A stretch of 64,000 nucleotides of DNA from Haplodiscus bocki (lineage: Eukaryota), in the NCBI GenBank assembly GCA_965655095.1, contig OZ296658.1:57908001-57972000 (forward strand), in the 5' to 3' direction. Of this stretch, positions 48,677 to 63,100 are shown one piece after another; within the stretch, counting starts at the first letter, position 1, and every line of letters begins with the position of its first letter. A model generated the notes under the pieces. The model saw only the letters and a list, made by a program, of their open reading frames with translations. It had not been told where the DNA came from and searched no databases. Position numbers and translations under genes: made by a program.

Positions 48677-50789
48677 AAAAAAAGCTCGCATCAAAATATT
48701 ACAAGATCTAAAGGTATCTTACAAGCAATTATCCTTGAAAGCTCAAAAAGGAGCTACTTTTGCGTAGGTTTTTATCTAAACCTCAACTTGGCCTGACCCA
48801 AAAGAATGAAGCAAAAATATATTGAAATAAAATGGACTTCAAAATCAAACATAATGGAATGAAAAAACTGGTCCAAACTTCCTTCGTCAAAATGTGTGAT
48901 TTTTTCCATCTTTTTCGGGGTTACAAATAAAACGATTTGACGTTGGAAAAAGTCTTGTCCAAGCTTTCTTCACCGAGTGCTAGAAACCTAGATCCAACAA
49001 AAACTGCTTCGCCGAATTTTTTTTCCTAGAAATGCAACTGACGTTTCAGTCACGTCTGTTTGCGTTCAAAAAAGATTCAAAATACTGAAACAATAAAAAC
49101 GAACAAGTAGAACGTTCTGAAAAGATTTTTTTTTTCAGTCGGCGCAGTTTTTACCAAAAATCTTTCAAAAAATAAACTGCAAAATGCGGGAAACGTAGTC
49201 AAAGAATGAGACTCCGTTTTACATAACCAAAAAAATATTTATAAACTAACTTATGGTTATAAAAACAGCTGTTACTTTCTTCTTTGAATTTCACTGGCAT
49301 GATCTTGGATTTTTTGGCAAGATCTTGATTTTTCTTGGATTTCTTGGCAAGATTTATTGCCGAGCTCAAGAAATCCAAAATCTTGGCAAGAAAACCAAGG
49401 CGCCAAGCACTGGGCAGCTTCGGCTCTTTTGAACCATCCGCATTTGATGCATTCTACAATCAAAACAACCGTCGAATTAGAATTCATAGAAAAAGAAATC
49501 AGCCGAAATTTTGTAAAAAAAAACCATTTGGACTATTGGACTATCAGGTTATCAGTGCCAAGTATAAAGACTGTAAAAATTGTCGTGCAAAATTATTGAC
49601 GAATTAGAAGGGTGTCGAAAGGGACTTCTGCGGAAGAATATCGAAAGGTTGTAATGGAATAAAACAATTGTTAACATCGCGAGAAAGCTTCACTCGCATT
49701 TCCTGTCATTCTAGGGACCAGCAGGTCTCCAATGTGAAGACCAACAACGATGTCTTCAAGAGGAAGTAGCTCTAATGAATTGAAAACGGTAAATTTTATA
49801 GCTGATGGATGAGATCAAAACAGGGTTAAGACATTGCAATGGTTGTGGATATCGGAAAAAATCATAGTAAGTACATTTTCGGTAATCTCGAACTATCAGC
49901 ATTTTGGAATGAATTACAAAAGTCAGACTTCAATCCTAATAGCCTTCCAATGAGATTTTACAGGAGAAAATGAAGCCGAATTTTTGAAAGAAAATAGTTT
50001 TGCTGGCCGAGAGCCCTCGGTATTAGAAAATTTTAGGAATATAAGAACTATCAAGAACTCAATCTAAATATTAGCAACGTCAATTTCTTTCATGAATATA
50101 TTTCTAACAGAAAGAATGGAAACAAACAATTTTGAAAGCACCCACTTGTAGGCCATGCATTCTACTTATTCCTCACAATCTAACATTTTAAATCGCAATC
50201 ACATTCGGTTTATTCTTGACAAAAATGTTTGCTACAATGATCAGATTGAAATCAGTTGTCTTTTCGGACAAACTGCTTTCTTACCAATCGGTTCCTGAAA
50301 ATGCCATCAAAACCTATTTTAATTTTTTTCCGTCAAAATTTTAGGTACAAAGCAAACTATTCATTTTAGAACAGGAGTTCTTTTCCTTTTTTTGATGATT
50401 AATTTAGTTTTAATCACACTGCCATGTGAAAAAAAAGAGCAGGAAAAAACCAACGAGTTTGAATAAGACAAAACTGCTGCTCTCAATAATGAGACGAAAC
50501 CGCCAACTTTGTAACTCAGAGCTAACCGCTCAGACAATTTTTTTGACCTATTTTTGATAAATAGCAATTATCTCACCAACTACTAATACAAACTGCAATT
50601 TCATTAACTGATTGAAATTTATTTCAATTTTTTTTGCGATCAACAAGTTTTCAAAATGCAAACACTGAAGTTTTTCATGAAACCTTCTTTTCCCCATCCC
50701 AAACTTGTGGTATCCGGACCATATGTTTGTGAACCGAACTTTTCCGAATCACTGAAATTTCTCCTTCTGAAAAAACTAAAACGCCAGGA

Positions 50790-51763
50790 CCAGAATTTTC
50801 AAAATTGGCCTTCCGTATATTTTCGCTTCATGCTAGGGGTATGAAAGAAGAAAAACGAAAAAAATGAGTACGCCGTGAAATTCCAAAAGGTTTGTTTTTC
50901 GTTATTGTTTTCAAATTCAATGACTTTCTTTTTTAGGACTTGCAGAATTTGAACTTCTGCAAGCTGCTCGTGGCTTCCAACTTTACAAACTTGGCCTTCA
51001 CCAAAAACGCAAAAACTCCGAACTTTTTCGAAATATTTGTTTTTTGGTACTTTGGGCGTGGTTGGTTTGGATTGGTTCTTTTTGTTGCATGTCATTTTGT
51101 CCAATGCTATTTCATCCGCTGCATTTTTAACTGCCGCAATTTCAACCTCTGCAAATTCGCTGTATTTAATTAAGTTCAAGGTTGCTCAAATCTTTCAACA
51201 CGTTCCAAAACAATTAAAGTAAAAAAATAAAAAAGAAAGTGATAACTGGACAGTCTTCAGTAACTTTCAAAGGTCATAACTGACAAACTAACAAATTTAT
51301 TAAACGTCACCCGAAAGATATAGATGCATTTTGCCTTCCACTGAGAAAAAAAGGGAAGTAAATTTGATTTATTGTCACCGGCTCTAAACCTTTCATAAAA
51401 CGGTGAACCAGCCCGTAGTCCAAATGCAATTCCGATCTCACAAAAGAATGTATCTCTTAGATTAAAATTATTGGATCAATTGAGGATGACTTTTACTTGA
51501 AAGTGCATCTGTTCTAGTTGTTTTTTGAGAGATTTCTCACAACAGGTTGCCTAATTTGGGCATCGCAAGGTGAACTGCGTAATCATCGGATTTTTCACTG
51601 ATTTTGTTGGCGACCACAAAAGTTGACGTTGAATATTTGGCTCATTTCTAAATTTGATCTATCACTTCTTTCGCTTCACCTCCGCTGGGTTCGCAGTTTT
51701 GATCTTCAGTCAACTTCAATTCAAAGACAATTTAGTTTTCAGTTTTGGAGATGCGGAACTTTT
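50790..51763 (-). repeat. ~1 kb inverted repeat, right copy
   Basis: Reverse complement of 43206-44185. Confidence 0.9.
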
Positions 51764-51769
51764 CCAAAA

Positions 51770-52002
51770 TTGGTGATAGTATAAGAGACATTCTAGGTTT
51801 TAATGCTGACTCATTATATGGAACAAATAATTTATCTCCTGATACAGTTGATAATATGTCCTTTGATAAAATTTGCCTCGAAAGAAATACCGCTCCAGGT
51901 ATGGTTTTTAAAGGTAAGAGATCTATAATATTTCGAAACTTCACTATTGATGTCGACCCTGGTTATAAATACATTGAAAGTTTCCGCGAAGGAAACCAAT
52001 AA
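51770..52002 (+). pseudogene. Second penton-like fragment (Polinton-like)
   Basis: DSIRDILGFNAD..SFDKICLE..GMVFKGKRS..FTIDVDPGYKYIESFREGNQ aligns with 35047-35418. Confidence 0.7.
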
Positions 52003-52275
52003 AAGCCTAAGAAATTATAAGTTGTAAGAAAGTGAGCTGAGCAAGTGGGGGGAGTTGAAGACCCTATGTAATAAGATAGGCTATAGCGAACCTATTCGAG
52101 TCGAGAGCCGAGAAGGGTCTTCAACCCTAGCCGGGAGCTTTCGGGTGTTGTAATACTCGATTCTGACGACTGGGGTGACTTAACATTCGATTTTGATTGG
52201 CTGACAACTCGGGTGACGTAATACTCGATACTGATTGGCTGACGACTGGAATTGCCGAAATCCGAGTGCATTTGG

Positions 52276-52591
52276 TTCAATGTATTACGATAGTGTCTAG
52301 TTCAGTTCAATGTATTAAGATAGGGTAAAGTTCGGCTCAAGGTAACAAAGTGGGGTATAGTTCAGCTAATTGTATTAGGATAGGGTTTAGTTCGGTAAAG
52401 TATTAGGATAGGGTATAGTATGAAAATGTATTTAGAATGGTTATAGTTCAGTGATGTATTATGATAGGGTATAGTTCGATACTGTATTAAGATGGGTTCT
52501 AGTTCGGTAATGTTTTAAGCTAGGGTTTAATTCGGTAATGTATTAAAATAGAGTTTAGTTTCGCAATGTATCAAGATAGGATATAGCTTGG
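52276..52591 (+). repeat. Tandem array of ~11 units of 27-30 bp (CAATGTATTAAGATAGGGTATAGTTCRG)
   Basis: Direct reading; same unit family at 53990-54185 (-), 57880-58585 (-), 58830-59650 (+), 63930-64000 (+). Confidence 0.85.
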
Positions 52592-54119
52592 TGACGTTTA
52601 CGAAACAGTATTTCACAAGAAAAATCTCAAACAAATGTAAAGAATGTAGCAACTTGACTGTATCAACGCAAAAGGAAAAGTTGCGAAAAATCAGTAGCAA
52701 GTGTTGTCTCTTACAATATTCTCTACATGCAAAGACCATAAAAAGAAAGACCAACCATAAAAGGCAAGACTAACCATAAAAACAAAAACCGCACGAGCTG
52801 TCAATCACGTTCTGTTGCGCTGGCTTATACTGTTTTGAACTAATGCTATGTAAAACTATTGACTTTAATTTCGAAAAATTTAGTTAGAGAGTAGAAATGT
52901 TTTCAAAAACAGTGAACAACCTGCACATTTACACTGATGCAGTCTAAATAAACCATGACTTTTTACGCCTACACCTGTATTGTACGTCTGCAGGTACTCC
53001 TTTGCTATTTCAACGTTACATCAAAAGATTTTTTTGAAAAGTCCCGGTTTGAGTGTTGTTTCTGATCCGCGCAATGTATTGAGACACAAGGAAGGACGTC
53101 TAACATTGTAAGAACTTGGGTTTTTATTTCGCTCAATCTACAATGATAGAGTTTCATAGATAATCTTGTGTATTGGAACTTTTTATGTTCAATTAAAGCC
53201 GCACTTCTTGAACTGGAAAAAGCAATGTTCATCGGCGTAACTCCTGTTCCTATGTTTACCATCAACACTCCATGTCCTTATATGGGTGACTGTATGAAAG
53301 TTACAGATCTCATTGAAACAGTCAGATGTTTTTGACATGTAGTTGACGTTTGTTCTGAATTGCAAAGGGATTTTCATTACATTTGTCTCTGTAACATGTC
53401 TGATGAAATAGTCGTGGGAATTGATTTTTGGTTGCTTGTGATTGTAAAACTACGATAACTTTTTTGCGCTACAACATGACCAATACGCAGTACTTTTGAA
53501 TAAGTACCAACAAGAAGAGTCACTTAGATAACAAAAATTGGGTTTCAATGGACAGCAACGGAGTCTGCATGACTGTAGGACACCACAACAAATTTGTTCT
53601 TTGTGTTTTTCTACTCAAATCTTGGAATTTGAGGACAAGCAAGCAAACAAATGTTTGACACAGGAGTTGTAGTTTGAGAGTCAAAGAACATGGAGGAAAG
53701 TCAACCATATTTTAAAATTGGTAGCAATATGCTTAAAACTAAATGATGAGTTCATGTATCTAAATGCTTCTTCTAAGTTGACTGCCAGCTAATGCCGACA
53801 ATAAATGGAGGAAGGTAGGCGAAAAGTTTAGAAGCCCGCTCTAAACGCTATCACCTTATTTTGTGGAACAAAAAGGTCGCACTTCCTTAAACCTTGACGG
53901 ACTCATACGCTCAGTTTTCGCCGAAAGAGCAAACATATCTCAATTGAGTGACTCAGACACCCAAATCCAAACCGTCTTTTATTGCAGTACAGAAGTGTAC
54001 CTTGTCCTAATACATTGGTGGCTAGTTGAGGCTATCTTATTACTTTGATGAAGTACACCCTGTTTTTTTTACATTGTTCAGCTATACCCAATCCTAGCAC
54101 ATTGTTGGAGTTTACCCAA

Positions 54120-57100
54120 CCTAAATACATTGTTGAGCTGTACCCTGTTTTAGTACATTGTCGAACTATGGCTGATCCTAATACACTGATGTCATCTTTC
54201 GCGAAACTTTGTTGACAACTAATCAGAATCGATTAATGTGTCACCCAAACGCACAATCAAAAATTGACCTGACTAATTTGCGAAAAAAACAACCTATTAC
54301 CTACATGTACTTATATGGAAACAATATTAAAACCATTGCCACAAATGGAAATCCTGTAGAAAAATCATCAAGCAATAGTTTCAGCGAGTTCATTCACGAG
54401 TATCATAAATGTGAAAAAGTTCCGTAAGCGGTTGGAAGCGAGAGAGGATAGACATACAGCGTCAAAAGCGTGGAGTAGCTACATCGTTAATTTTCATTTA
54501 AATAAATCGGACTTAACCTGCGACAGGCAGTCGTTCCCATATCAAGATATTAACCCAACCGACTTGAACTACTTAACAAGAAAGTAGTACCTTTTGTACA
54601 TCTCTGATAAGGCGAGAGGTTGTCTGGAGAAATAATTCTGAAAAAATGCATGAAAAAATTTAGTGATAAAACTTGCACCAAGTCGTTAAAAAAGGAAATA
54701 CCTTCCATATATGGAAATCGTTAAAGCTTCGACCAAAAACGAAACGTTATGTCCATCTAAAGAAGGTGTGAACTGGTTAAAATCATAAAAAAGCAGTAAC
54801 TTAATACTCTGAAAAATCTTTCTTTAAAAATCGTTCCCAACAAGAGCAACCCGTTTTATCCAGTTACCAACGTTCCCATCCACTGGTGAAGTTTTTCATC
54901 AGTAGCTGCTGACAGTCAGAATTCAGTGGTCAACTTTGGTGAAACAAATTCTCCCTTTGCAGGAGCCGATGTGAAACTTCAATGAAACGCAAATCTCTCC
55001 TTGTGATCCTACAGAGCTTGCAATTCAATCTATTTTGCGTCCAGAAGATAATCTTCTATCAATTTGTGGTCAGAATTTCAAAAAGACTGTTTTCTTCGAT
55101 AATATTGTGCATTTCATTGATGGGGAGATTGTCGTTAAGTATGTAGATTTTGATTGTGGTATTACTTTTTACTCTGAAACTCCTTCAAAAATCAGGCAAA
55201 TCAACCGAGAACGGATTTGATTTCCAGATCCTGTGAAAAGCCGAAGCGCAATCCAAGCAAATATCAACAAAACTGTTTTTTGATGAGCAGCATGCCTGTG
55301 ATGTCTTCCTGAAACCGTACAAATTATGGGACGTGGTTACAGCAGCCCTTTTGTCACTCAACCACATTAATGATAGATACTCTATGTCCAATCAAAACCC
55401 TCAACAAACAATTCAACAACCTACGACAGACTCATATCCGATGTTATTTTCATTGCGAACTATGGACAGCAAAAGGAAAGTATTCCGCGTCAATTTTGCA
55501 TTCTTTCGACAGAAATACGTAGCGGACGGGCAAGTAAACGAAATAATTGCCACCATTGAAAGAATTTAGTAATCTCTAGACACCCGGAGCAATGGATGGA
55601 ATTCCACCAATTGTGATGAACTGTAATTGTATTTATTTTAGCTACTTTTTTAATTCTATTGTTTGCTGGTGGCATTTTTGTTGTTCTTTCGAAAAATCAC
55701 TTTTTTGTCCCCCTTCTTTGATGACTTTGAGTGAGAAGCAAAATTTCATCGACAACTTCAATGTAAGGTAACACTCCATAAGGCAGACGAAGCCGCAACC
55801 TGTCTTAGTGCATTGCCGAAGTTCACCTTAGCGCAATACATATGTGCACACCCTCCTAAGCCACCACTCTCTATATCCTATTTCAATACTTTTTCAGGTT
55901 CGTTTTCTGCTTGATCATAGGACATAAAGTCATCATAAAAGAGTCATTGAAGTCAGAATACTTATCTCTATATGTTGCAGACCTCATAGTCTCTAGTAGA
56001 AACTTGTTAAAAAACATTCCTTGTCTACGTATACTACGTATAGCGATGAACAAACTCGGATCGGAATGGTCGTTTTATTACGTCTTGTTACGTCGATCAC
56101 AGTTGGCGTACAGAAAACCTATCCTAACAAAATAACTTGACTAAACGATCCCACAGCAAAGATTAAACCAAAACCGGAACGTCTGCTGCTTTGATGAACG
56201 CATGGAACTTTGATAAACTGCCAGAGAAGTACAATCAATATCTGACACGTTTTTAAACTTTTAACTCAAAATCTGACGCGTTATAAAAGAATTTATTCAA
56301 AATCGGACCGAACGAAAGATTTTCAATTCAGAATCATGCTTTTTACAAAAACATTTTTATTCGAAATCATGCTATATATAAAAAAAATTTATATTCACAA
56401 TCTTGCTTTTTAGAAAAACCTTTTTCCTCGAAATCGTGTTTTTTTTTAAATTGCATTTAAAACGTTAAATTTCCGCCTTTTACTGGGTAAATTAAATCAA
56501 AACGTGATTTTTTGCGTGCAATTTTTTTTCAAATTTTTGAAAATAATTTTTCTTCAAATCCTCAAAACAGAGCTTTTTTTGAAATACTTTTTCTTCAGAG
56601 ACATGCTTTCTAAAAGTGCATTTTTGTTAAAAATCTGACGCGTTTTAAAAAAAAACTGATTCAAAATCAGACGCGTTGTAAAAATTTCTATTTGAAATCT
56701 GACGCAATGTAAAAATTTTAACTCAAAATATGACGCGTTGTAAAACTTCGAAATCAAAATCTGACGCGTTGCGTTTTTTTCATTTCAAAATCTGACATGT
56801 ATTAGAAATTTCAATTCAAAATCTTGTTTTTCAAAAAAGCACGAAAAATGCAAATTTTGTCGATTTCACTGAGTAAAAAGAACCGAAACGTGATTTATCG
56901 GATGGAAACAATTTTTCAAAATCTGACATGTCAAAAAAAAATTTTAATTCAAAATCTAACGCTTTGAATTTTTTCGAACCAAATCTGAAGCGTTTTAAAA
57001 CTTTAACCTCAAAATCTGACCTTTTTTGATATTTATGTCTCAAAATCTGACGCGTTGGAAATCTTTAACGGAAAAATTGACAGATTGTAGAACTTTTTCT

Positions 57101-60100
57101 CCGAAATCTGAATTTTATCTTGTTTTTCAGGTTCTGACTGAATGATGATATCTTCTGTCAACGTTAGGTCAACTCATTTTGAAGATAAGAATTGAAACAC
57201 AATGCGTGTTATAGATATAATCGTCAGATGTACAACTGAAACCTGCCATATGTTAGTTCGAATCTTAATGTGTGAGGAATAGGATTATGATAACACACAA
57301 TTTTCACGGTACTTACGGACAGAATCCTGCGGGGCAGAAAATTTAGCAGATCAGCAGTGTTTCTCAAAAGTACTTATGTTAAAACAAAAGAGAACGCGCT
57401 TTAGTTAGAATTCTTCATTTTCTCCAATGTTTTTGTGTTAGCAACGAGAGGAAGAGCGATGGAAAGAAGCTGACACATACAGAGCATCTATCCAAAATTA
57501 GCTGCAGGAAGTTACCTACCACAATCTTGACACTTATCAAAACTGACAATGTTATTCAAAAATCGATTTTTCAGACATGTGTGACTCAAAACAGACCTTA
57601 GCTGGTCCCATAAATTCCCGAACCCTCAACTCAACTTCAAAAAGTGCAGATATAAAGCATACTTTGGTACGTGTACGACCTTCTCAGCTTCAAGTCTTTT
57701 TCGCCGTTTTTCAATGTCTGCACGGTCTGGCCCTACACGCTATCACAACGCATTGCTGAACAAAATCAGCTCGGACTGCACATCATGAATCAATGATGGT
57801 CTTATGCACACGGTTTTTACCGAAAGCTTCAACCTTTCTCAAGTTAAGGACTCGGACGCCCAAATTGATACCATACATTGACACATTGCGGAAATAAACC
57901 CTGTCCTAATACATTGGTGGGGATGGTACGCTATCCTATTACTTTGCCGAAGTATACGCTGCCTTGTTACTCTGTTGAGCTATACGCATCGTTATTACAG
58001 TGTTGTGGTATACTCCTTTTTGCTACAGTGCTGGGCCATACCCATTCATAACACATTGCTGAGCTAAATCCAAACTTATTATATTGCTGAGAATTTCCCA
58101 AATTTAATGCATTGATGAGCTATACCGAATCTTACCACATTGTTGAGGTACACCCTGTCTTTTTACATTGCAGGGCTGTTCCTAATATTATGACAATGCT
58201 TAGGCATATTTTGTCTGAATATTTGGCTGAGCTCTTCCATTTCTTAAAATATTGCTGAAGTATACCTTGTATTATTACATTGCGGAGATGTTCTCGATCT
58301 TGAAACATTGCTGACGTATTACATTGCTCAGCTTATCCTAATCTAATATTTAGTACATAGCTCAGCTTTTCCCAATCTTCAAAACTTGCTGACGTATACC
58401 CTGTCTTATTACATTGCTGAGCTGTTGTCCATCTTAAAACATTGCTCAGGCATACTTTACCTTATTATGCTGCTGAGATGTTACCAAACTTATAATATTG
58501 CTAACGTATACCCTGTGCTATTACATGGCTGAGCTTCACCTATCTTAGTACATTGTCAAACTATGGTCTATCCTAAGACATTGCTGCCAGTTTTCACGTA
58601 AAATTGTCGGCAGCCAATCATATACGAGTATTACATCAAACAAAAGCCCCGACAGCTGTCGACTAGGGTGCAGGTTCCTCTGTTCTATGATAGGTAATAG
58701 CGAGTTGACTCGCTATAAACTATTATAGAACAGAGGAACCTACATCCTAGTCGACAGCTCTTGTGACTTTTGGGTGACGTAATACTCAATTATGATTGTC
58801 TGCCGAAAATGCTACCTGAAAACCGACAGTAATGTATTAGGATAGACCATAGTTAGACAATATACTAAGATTGATATGGCTCAACCATGTAATAGCACAA
58901 GGTATATGTTAGCAATTCTTTAGGATTGCGAACAGCTCAGCAATGTATCAAGACAGGGTATACGTTGGCAGTGTTTCAAGACTGGGAACATCTTAGCAGC
59001 GTAGTTAGATAAAGTGTGCCTCAGCAACTTTATAAGATGGGGAACAGCTCAGCAATGAAACAAGACATGTAATACATCAGCATTGCTTCAAAGATGGGAG
59101 CTTTTCAGCATTGTAAGAAGATAGGGTAAACATCAGCAATGTATTAAAACAAGATATGAGTCAGCAATATTATTAGATGAATACCTCAGCAATGTAAAAT
59201 AACTAGGTATACGTCAGCAGTGTTTTAAGATGGGGAACTTCTCAGCAATGTAGTAAGACAATGTATGCGTCAGTAATTTTTTAAGAATGGGAATAGCTCA
59301 GCATTTTAATAGGACAAGGTATACCTCAGCAATGTTATAACTTTAGGAACAGCTCAGCAATATGAAAAGACAGGGTGTATCTCACCAATGTGTTAGGATT
59401 CGAAATAGCTCATCGAGGCATTGAAAATGGGAACTTTTCAGCAATACAAAAAGATCGGATTAAGCTCACCATTGTGTTAGGATTGGGTATGGCCCAGCAC
59501 TGTAATAAAAATGATTTTACCACAACAATGTAATAACGATGGGTGTAGCTCAACAGAGTAACAAGGCAGCGTATACTTCAGCAAAGTAATAAGATAGCGT
59601 ACCATCCCCACCAACGTATTAAGACAGGGTTTATTTCTGCAATGTATCAATGTATGGTATCGATTTGGGCGTCAGAGTCCTTAACTTGAGAAAAGTTTAG
59701 GCTTTTGACAAAAACCGTGCGCATAAGACCATCAAAGTTTTATGATGTTCAGTCTGAGCTGATTTTGTTCGGCAATGCATTGTGATAGCGTGTAGAGCCA
59801 GACCGTGCAGACATTGAAAAACGGCGAAATAGCCTTGAAGCTGAGAAAGTCGTACACGTACCAAAGTATGCTTTATATCTGCATTTTTTGAAGTTGAGTT
59901 GAGGGTTCGGGAATTTATGGGACCAGCTAAGATCTATTTCGAGTCACACATGTCTGAAAATTCGATTTTCGAATAACATTGTCAGTTTTGGTAAGTGTCA
60001 AGATTGTGGTAAGTAACGTCCTGCAGCTGATATTGGATAGATGCTCTGTATGTGTCAGCTACTTTCCATCGCTCTTCCTCCTGTTGCTCACACAAAAACA

Positions 60101-63100
60101 TTGGAGAAAATGAAGAATTCTAAGTAAAGAGCGTTCTCTTTTTTTTTAACATAGGTGTTTTTGAGAAACACTGCTGATCTGCTAAATTTTCTGCCCCTTA
60201 GAGTTCTGTCCGTAACTACTGTGAAAATTTTGTGTTATCATAATCCTATTCCTCACACCTTGAGATTCGAACTGACATGTGGCAGGTTTTGGTTGTACAT
60301 CTGACGATGATATCTATAACACGCATTGTCTTTCAATTCTTCTCTTCAGAATGAGTTGATATTAACGTTGACAGAAGATATCATCATTCAGTCAGAACCT
60401 GAAAAACAAGATAAAATTCAGATTTCGGAGAAAATGTTTACAATCTGTCAATTTTTGCGTTAAAGATTTCCAACGCGTCAGATTTTGAGACATAAATATC
60501 AAAACAGGTCAGATTTTGAGTTTAAAGTTTCGAAACGCGTCAGCTTTCGTTTGAAAAAAATACAAAGCGTTAGATTTTGGATTAATTTTTTTTTGAAAAA
60601 CCTTTGCATCCAATAAATAACGTCTTCTTCTTACTCCTTGAAAACGACATATTTTGCATTTCCCGTGCTTTTTTGAAAAGCATGCTTTTGAATTGAACAT
60701 TTCATTACGTGTCTGATTTTGACTTGAAAAAAATACAACGCGTCAGATTTTGATTTAGAAGTTTTACAACGCGTCAGATTTTGAGTGAAAAATTTTAAAA
60801 CGCATCGGATGTTAAAAAAAAATTTGCAACGCTACAGACTTTGTATCAAAATTTTTACGACGCGTCAGATTTTGAAGAACATTACAATCTCAAAAAGCAT
60901 ATTTTTGAAGGAAATTTTTTTTGAAAGCACGTTTTTGAAGAAAAAAATTGTTTTTAAAAAGCAGAATTTGAAGAAAAAGTTTCTTCTAAAAAGCATGGTT
61001 TTGAAAGTAAAAGTTTTTATAAGAAGCATGATTTCGAAAGAAAATGTTTTTGTAAAAAGCATGATTCCGAATTGAAACTCTTTCGTTGGGTCAGATTTTG
61101 AATAATTTTTCCTATAATGCGTTAGATTTTGAGTTAAAAATATTAAAACGTGTCAGATGTTATTTGTACTTCTTTGGCAGTATGCCAAAGTTGCATGCTT
61201 TCTTCAAAACAGCGGACGTTTCGGTTTTGCTTTAATGTGTGCTCTGGGATCGTTTAGTCAAGTTATTTTGTTAGGATAGGCTTTCTGTACGCCAACTGTG
61301 ATCAACGTAACAAGACCTAATAAAATGACCATTCCGATCCGAGTTTGTTCATCGCTATACGTAGACAAGGAATGTTTTTTAACAAGTTTCTACTAGAGAC
61401 TATGAGGTCTGGAACGTATGGAGATGAGTATTTTGATTTCAATGATTCTTTTAAGATTACGTCATGTCCTATGATCCAGCAGAGAACCAACCTGATAAAG
61501 TATTGAAGTAGGATACAGAGAGTGGTGGCTGAGGAGGGTCTGCACATATGTATTGCGCTAGAATGAACTTCGGCAGTGCACCAAGACAGGTTGCGGCTTC
61601 GTCTGCCTTAGGGAGTGTTACCTTACATTGAAGTTGTCGATGAACTTTTGCTTCTCACTCAAAGTCATCAAAAAAAAGGGACAAAAAAGTGATTTTTCGA
61701 AAGAACAACATTAATTGCACCAGCAAACAATAGAAATAAAAAAAATAGCTAAAATAATTACAATTACAGTTCATCACAATTGGTGGAATTCCATCCATTG
61801 CTCCGGGTGTCTAGAGATTACTAAATTCTTTCAATGGTGGCAATTATTTCGTTCACTCGCCCGTCCGCTAAGTAATTCTGTCGAAAGAATGCAAAACTGA
61901 CGCGGAATACATTTCTTTTACTGTCCATAGTTCGCAATGAAAATAACATCGGATATGAGTCTGTCGTAGGTTATTGAATTGTTTGTTGAGGGTACTGATT
62001 GGATATAGAGTATCTGTCATTATTGTGGTTGAGTGACAAAAGGGCTGCTGTAACCACGTCCCATAATTTGTACGGGTTCAGGAAGATATCACAGCCATGC
62101 TGCTGATCAAAAATTAGTTATGTTGATCTTTGTTGCGGTTGCACTTCGGCTTTTCACAGGATCTGGAAATCTAGTTCCGTTCTCGGTTGATTTGCCTGAC
62201 TTTTGTAGGAGTTTCAGGGTAAAAAGTAATACCACAATCAAAATCTACATACTTAACGATGTTATCACAATCATTGAAATGCACAATATTATCGAAGAAA
62301 ACAGTCTTTTTGAAATTTTGACCACAGTTTGATATAAGATCATCTTCTGGACGCAAAATAGAATGAATTGCAAGCTTTGTAGCATCATGAGGAGAGACTT
62401 GGGTCTTTGGGTTGTTGCACATCGCTTCCTGCAAAGGAAGAAGTTGTTCAATTTCGACAAAGTTGGGCATTGAAATCTGACCGTCTGCAGGTGTTGATGA
62501 GAAACTTTACCAGTGTTTAATTACGTTGGTAGCTGGAAGAAGCGAGTTGTTTTTGTTGGGAACGATTTTTGAAGAATGATTTCCCAAAGTAGAAAGTTGC
62601 GGCTTTTGTATGATTTCAACCAATTCATACCTGCTTTATATGGACAACGTTTCTTTTCTTTGGTCGGAGGTACAACTATATCCACATATGGAAGGTGTTT
62701 CCTTTTTTGGGGACTTGGTGCAAGTTTCAATACTATTTTGTTTTTCGGTCATCTGTTCGGAGTAATTCCTCCAGACAATTTGTCAACTTATCAGAGGACT
62801 TTAATACTCTCAAGTTCTTTTCTCAGACACGCTGTCTGCGAAGTTAATCCCCTTGAATTGTTTTCCCAGACTGTCCATCACCATGAAAGGGGAACTTGTT
62901 CCACTTGAGTTGTTTTCACAGACAAGCATATTCATCCTTTTAGCTGGTTTTTAAATGTAAATTGTCCGTTTTTAAACCGGAAGAAGGAGATTGACAGCCC
63001 TTCTCATGATTGGTCTTTCCATTTTTGGACATTCCATATCTGATATAAAGTAATGAGTAACACTTGCTACAAATTTTCGCCATTAATTCTTTTTCATTGA

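Noticed and set aside
58650-58760. Palindrome as a sequencing fold-back chimera
   Set aside because: About 5 mismatches in the 52 bp next to the centre, plus large indels further out, are too many for a read artefact; not formally excluded without reads.
52276-59650. 28-30 bp arrays as CRISPR
   Set aside because: Units are contiguous and degenerate with no unique spacers; no cas genes; eukaryotic context.
60785-61075. K/F-rich short ORFs here and in other AT-rich repeats
   Set aside because: Low-complexity translations of tandem repeats.
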